Below are positions 62,016 through 64,000 of a stretch of DNA of 64,000 bases, one piece after another. The translations under genes were made by a program, and so were the position numbers. Source of the stretch: Leptolyngbyaceae cyanobacterium (GTDB lineage Bacteria; Cyanobacteriota; Cyanobacteriia; Phormidesmidales; Phormidesmidaceae); NCBI GenBank assembly GCA_965263355.1, contig CBDHHL010000032.1:608001-672000 (forward strand), read 5' to 3'. A model generated the notes under the pieces. It ran no database searches. It was given only the letters and a program-made list of their open reading frames with translations, and was not told where the DNA came from. Numbering within the stretch: the stretch's first letter is position 1; each line of letters begins with the position of its first letter.

Positions 62016-62600
62016 ATGGAACTTACGACCAATCGATTAATAATTCGCCATTGGCATCCAATTTACGATGCTCAACAGGCGTTTGATGTTTATGGTGATC
62101 TACGGGTAACTCGTTGGCTGCAAGGCAATCCCGACAGCTCTATTCGAAACACTCAAGAACGGTTGCAAAGCTACTGCGATCGCTGTGCTGACGGTCTTGG
62201 CATTTGGGCCGTGGTTGAAAAAGCAATTGGTCGTGCTATCGGCAGCATTTTGCTTGTACCTTTACCCAACAGCGACAAGACAAACAGCGGCAAAATTGAA
62301 ATTGGCTGGCATTTTCGTCCTGCTAGTTGGGGCTATGGTTATGCAACTGAAGCTGCCAATGCCATCCTCAACTACGGCTTTCAAGCCCTGGAACTGCCCA
62401 TAATCTATGCTGTTACCACACCGGATAATATTCGCTCCCAGAGGGTCATGACTCGATTGGGTATGCAGGCTGTAGGCTTTACCAATGACTATTATGATTG
62501 CCTTTTACAGTTGTACCGCTTAGCCGCTGAAGATTATTCATCAGGCCAGCTAGCATCAATGGTTGATAAGACCATATCAATGTCTGCACCACTTACATAA
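62016..62600 (+). CDS. GNAT N-acetyltransferase (RimJ/RimL-like)
   Basis: TNRLIIR, EIGW, WGYGYATEA, NIRSQRVM.RLGM. Confidence 0.92.
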   Translation: MELTTNRLIIRHWHPIYDAQQAFDVYGDLRVTRWLQGNPDSSIRNTQERLQSYCDRCADGLGIWAVVEKAIGRAIGSILLVPLPNSDKTNSGKIEIGWHFRPASWGYGYATEAANAILNYGFQALELPIIYAVTTPDNIRSQRVMTRLGMQAVGFTNDYYDCLLQLYRLAAEDYSSGQLASMVDKTISMSAPLT

Positions 62601-63799
62601 TTCACCATCTCAGTCCAAAAGGTCCCTGTGCCCACAGCTGCAGGCATCAGATCAGAGCCATCAAACCGAACGGTTTCAGCCTGCGCTAAAATCGCTGCCA
62701 TTTGTCTCACACCATCATTAGGATAAACGGCCAAATCTACCTCTCGATGAGGACTGATATAACCACGAGCAGCCCAACTTTCATGGGGCACCACTGTAGT
62801 CAGGTAGGTCATTGCCGCTTTCGCAGCAGGGGTATTGTTAGTTATGGCAATCACTAAACCACCGGTCAGAAGTGGCGCATTTGGGCCATCTCCTGGTAAT
62901 AAAAAGACCTGAGTATCTTTACCTGGTTCAACAGCCTCCGGTAAAAAGTCAGTAATGAAGCTGGCTTGACGATGTAAATAACACCCTGGAGGTTCATCGA
63001 ACATAGGAGCTGGGGCATCACCAAACGGGGTACTAATAGCTCCAACAATGCCACCATAGACATAACTGTCGTTACGAACAAGTTCTCCAAAAGTTTGCAT
63101 AGCCTCTTTTACCGGTGGAGAATTAAATGGAATCTCATGGGCAACCCACTGGTCGTATATTTCGGGGCCAGCTGTCCGCAACAGAATATCTTCTACCCAA
63201 TCGGTACCTACCCAGCCACTGGCGTCCCCATTCTCCATGCCCAAACACCAGGGGGTTTTTCCCTCTGCACCAATTCTCTTGGTGAGGGTCATCAGCTCAT
63301 CCCAACTAGTGGGAATGTCATACCCAGCCGCCTCAAATACATCAGGCCTATACCAAACTAAACTTTTTGGATCAGACCGCATCCATAAACCATAGATTTG
63401 TTTGTCCACAGTGCTCAAGTTCACCCAATCGGGGCCAAACGCTGTTGTTAATACCTCTAGATCAACAACATCATTCAAAGGCGTAAGTGCCCCTTCCCTT
63501 GCCAAATCTCTCATTAGACCAGGCTGTGGGAACATGGCTAGGTCTGGGACATCTCCACCTGCCACGCGAATTGGTAACACTGTGGTAAAAGCATCTGTTC
63601 CCTCGTAAACCACCTCAATTCCAGTCTCGGCTGTAAACGGGGCAAACGCCTCTTCAACAATCTCCTCTCCCACCCCCGTTAGAGAGCCTAAAATCACCAG
63701 AGTATTCTCATCACGGTTATTCTGAGGTGCACCATCACAGGCTGTCAACAACAATAACAATCCACTGAAGATGCGAAGGGAAAGAGAAGTAAATTTCAT
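62534..63799 (-). CDS. ABC transporter sugar-binding lipoprotein (alpha-glucoside/glucosylglycerol, AglE/GgtB-like)
   Basis: Lipobox LTAC, PQPGL, KSLVWY, GWVGTDWVED, RFDGSDLMP. Confidence 0.9.
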   Translation of the reverse strand: MKFTSLSLRIFSGLLLLLTACDGAPQNNRDENTLVILGSLTGVGEEIVEEAFAPFTAETGIEVVYEGTDAFTTVLPIRVAGGDVPDLAMFPQPGLMRDLAREGALTPLNDVVDLEVLTTAFGPDWVNLSTVDKQIYGLWMRSDPKSLVWYRPDVFEAAGYDIPTSWDELMTLTKRIGAEGKTPWCLGMENGDASGWVGTDWVEDILLRTAGPEIYDQWVAHEIPFNSPPVKEAMQTFGELVRNDSYVYGGIVGAISTPFGDAPAPMFDEPPGCYLHRQASFITDFLPEAVEPGKDTQVFLLPGDGPNAPLLTGGLVIAITNNTPAAKAAMTYLTTVVPHESWAARGYISPHREVDLAVYPNDGVRQMAAILAQAETVRFDGSDLMPAAVGTGTFWTEMVNYVSGADIDMVLSTIDASWPDE

Positions 63800-64000
63800 G
63801 ACATCTATGTTGGTTGCTTTTAATAATTTATCCCTGGTCGGAGCATTGCATGTTTTGTAGTGACATCACGTGCAATGCTACTAACTAGAGGCGCTGGTGT
63901 AAAACCTTAGGGCAAATCGCCAAAATAGACGAGATATTTGCAATAGGCCAAAGGCGAGTACACAGGACCCTGCGAGCCATGAAACCTCGATTCGATTAAG

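Noticed and set aside
1390..63608. Many short ORFs nested in or antisense to long genes (e.g. 7088-7429, 17081-17449, 30553-31056, 53025-53432)
   Set aside because: Shadow frames of well-supported genes, with no recognisable motifs.

Overview
Chromosomal segment of a filamentous cyanobacterium, judged from about 19 HIP1 GCGATCGC sites counted by eye and from hps, ycf34 and ftn2 genes; it is probably Leptolyngbyaceae-like, which is inference. 1-16 kb is a gliding-motility (hormogonium) polysaccharide region. It holds the 3' end of hpsE, further glycosyltransferases and two sulfotransferases, then htpG-rpmB, a multiply frameshifted hpsA and four minor pilins. 16-44 kb and 48.6-64 kb are mostly housekeeping genes (CCA-family nucleotidyltransferase, lysC, ispG, ctp protease, pgsA, pyrH-frr, rlmN, ftn2, pdhAB, secDF). 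44.2-48.6 kb is an AT-richer accessory islet. It encodes a NarL-type response regulator, a CHASE2 histidine kinase and a tiny secreted Pro/Gly-rich peptide with its own terminator, and it is flanked by two copies of a 22-bp imperfect palindrome. This islet is the best candidate for an undescribed system: a possible peptide-signalling (quorum-sensing-like) module. Other observations are a ~72-bp dispersed repeat in three copies just upstream of genes, GTAG-type REP-like palindromes, an orphan GvpN-like ATPase with an internal deletion, and a degenerate kinase-WD40 protein. No rRNA, tRNA, CRISPR array or intact transposase was recognised. All family assignments come from motif recognition by eye, not from database searches.
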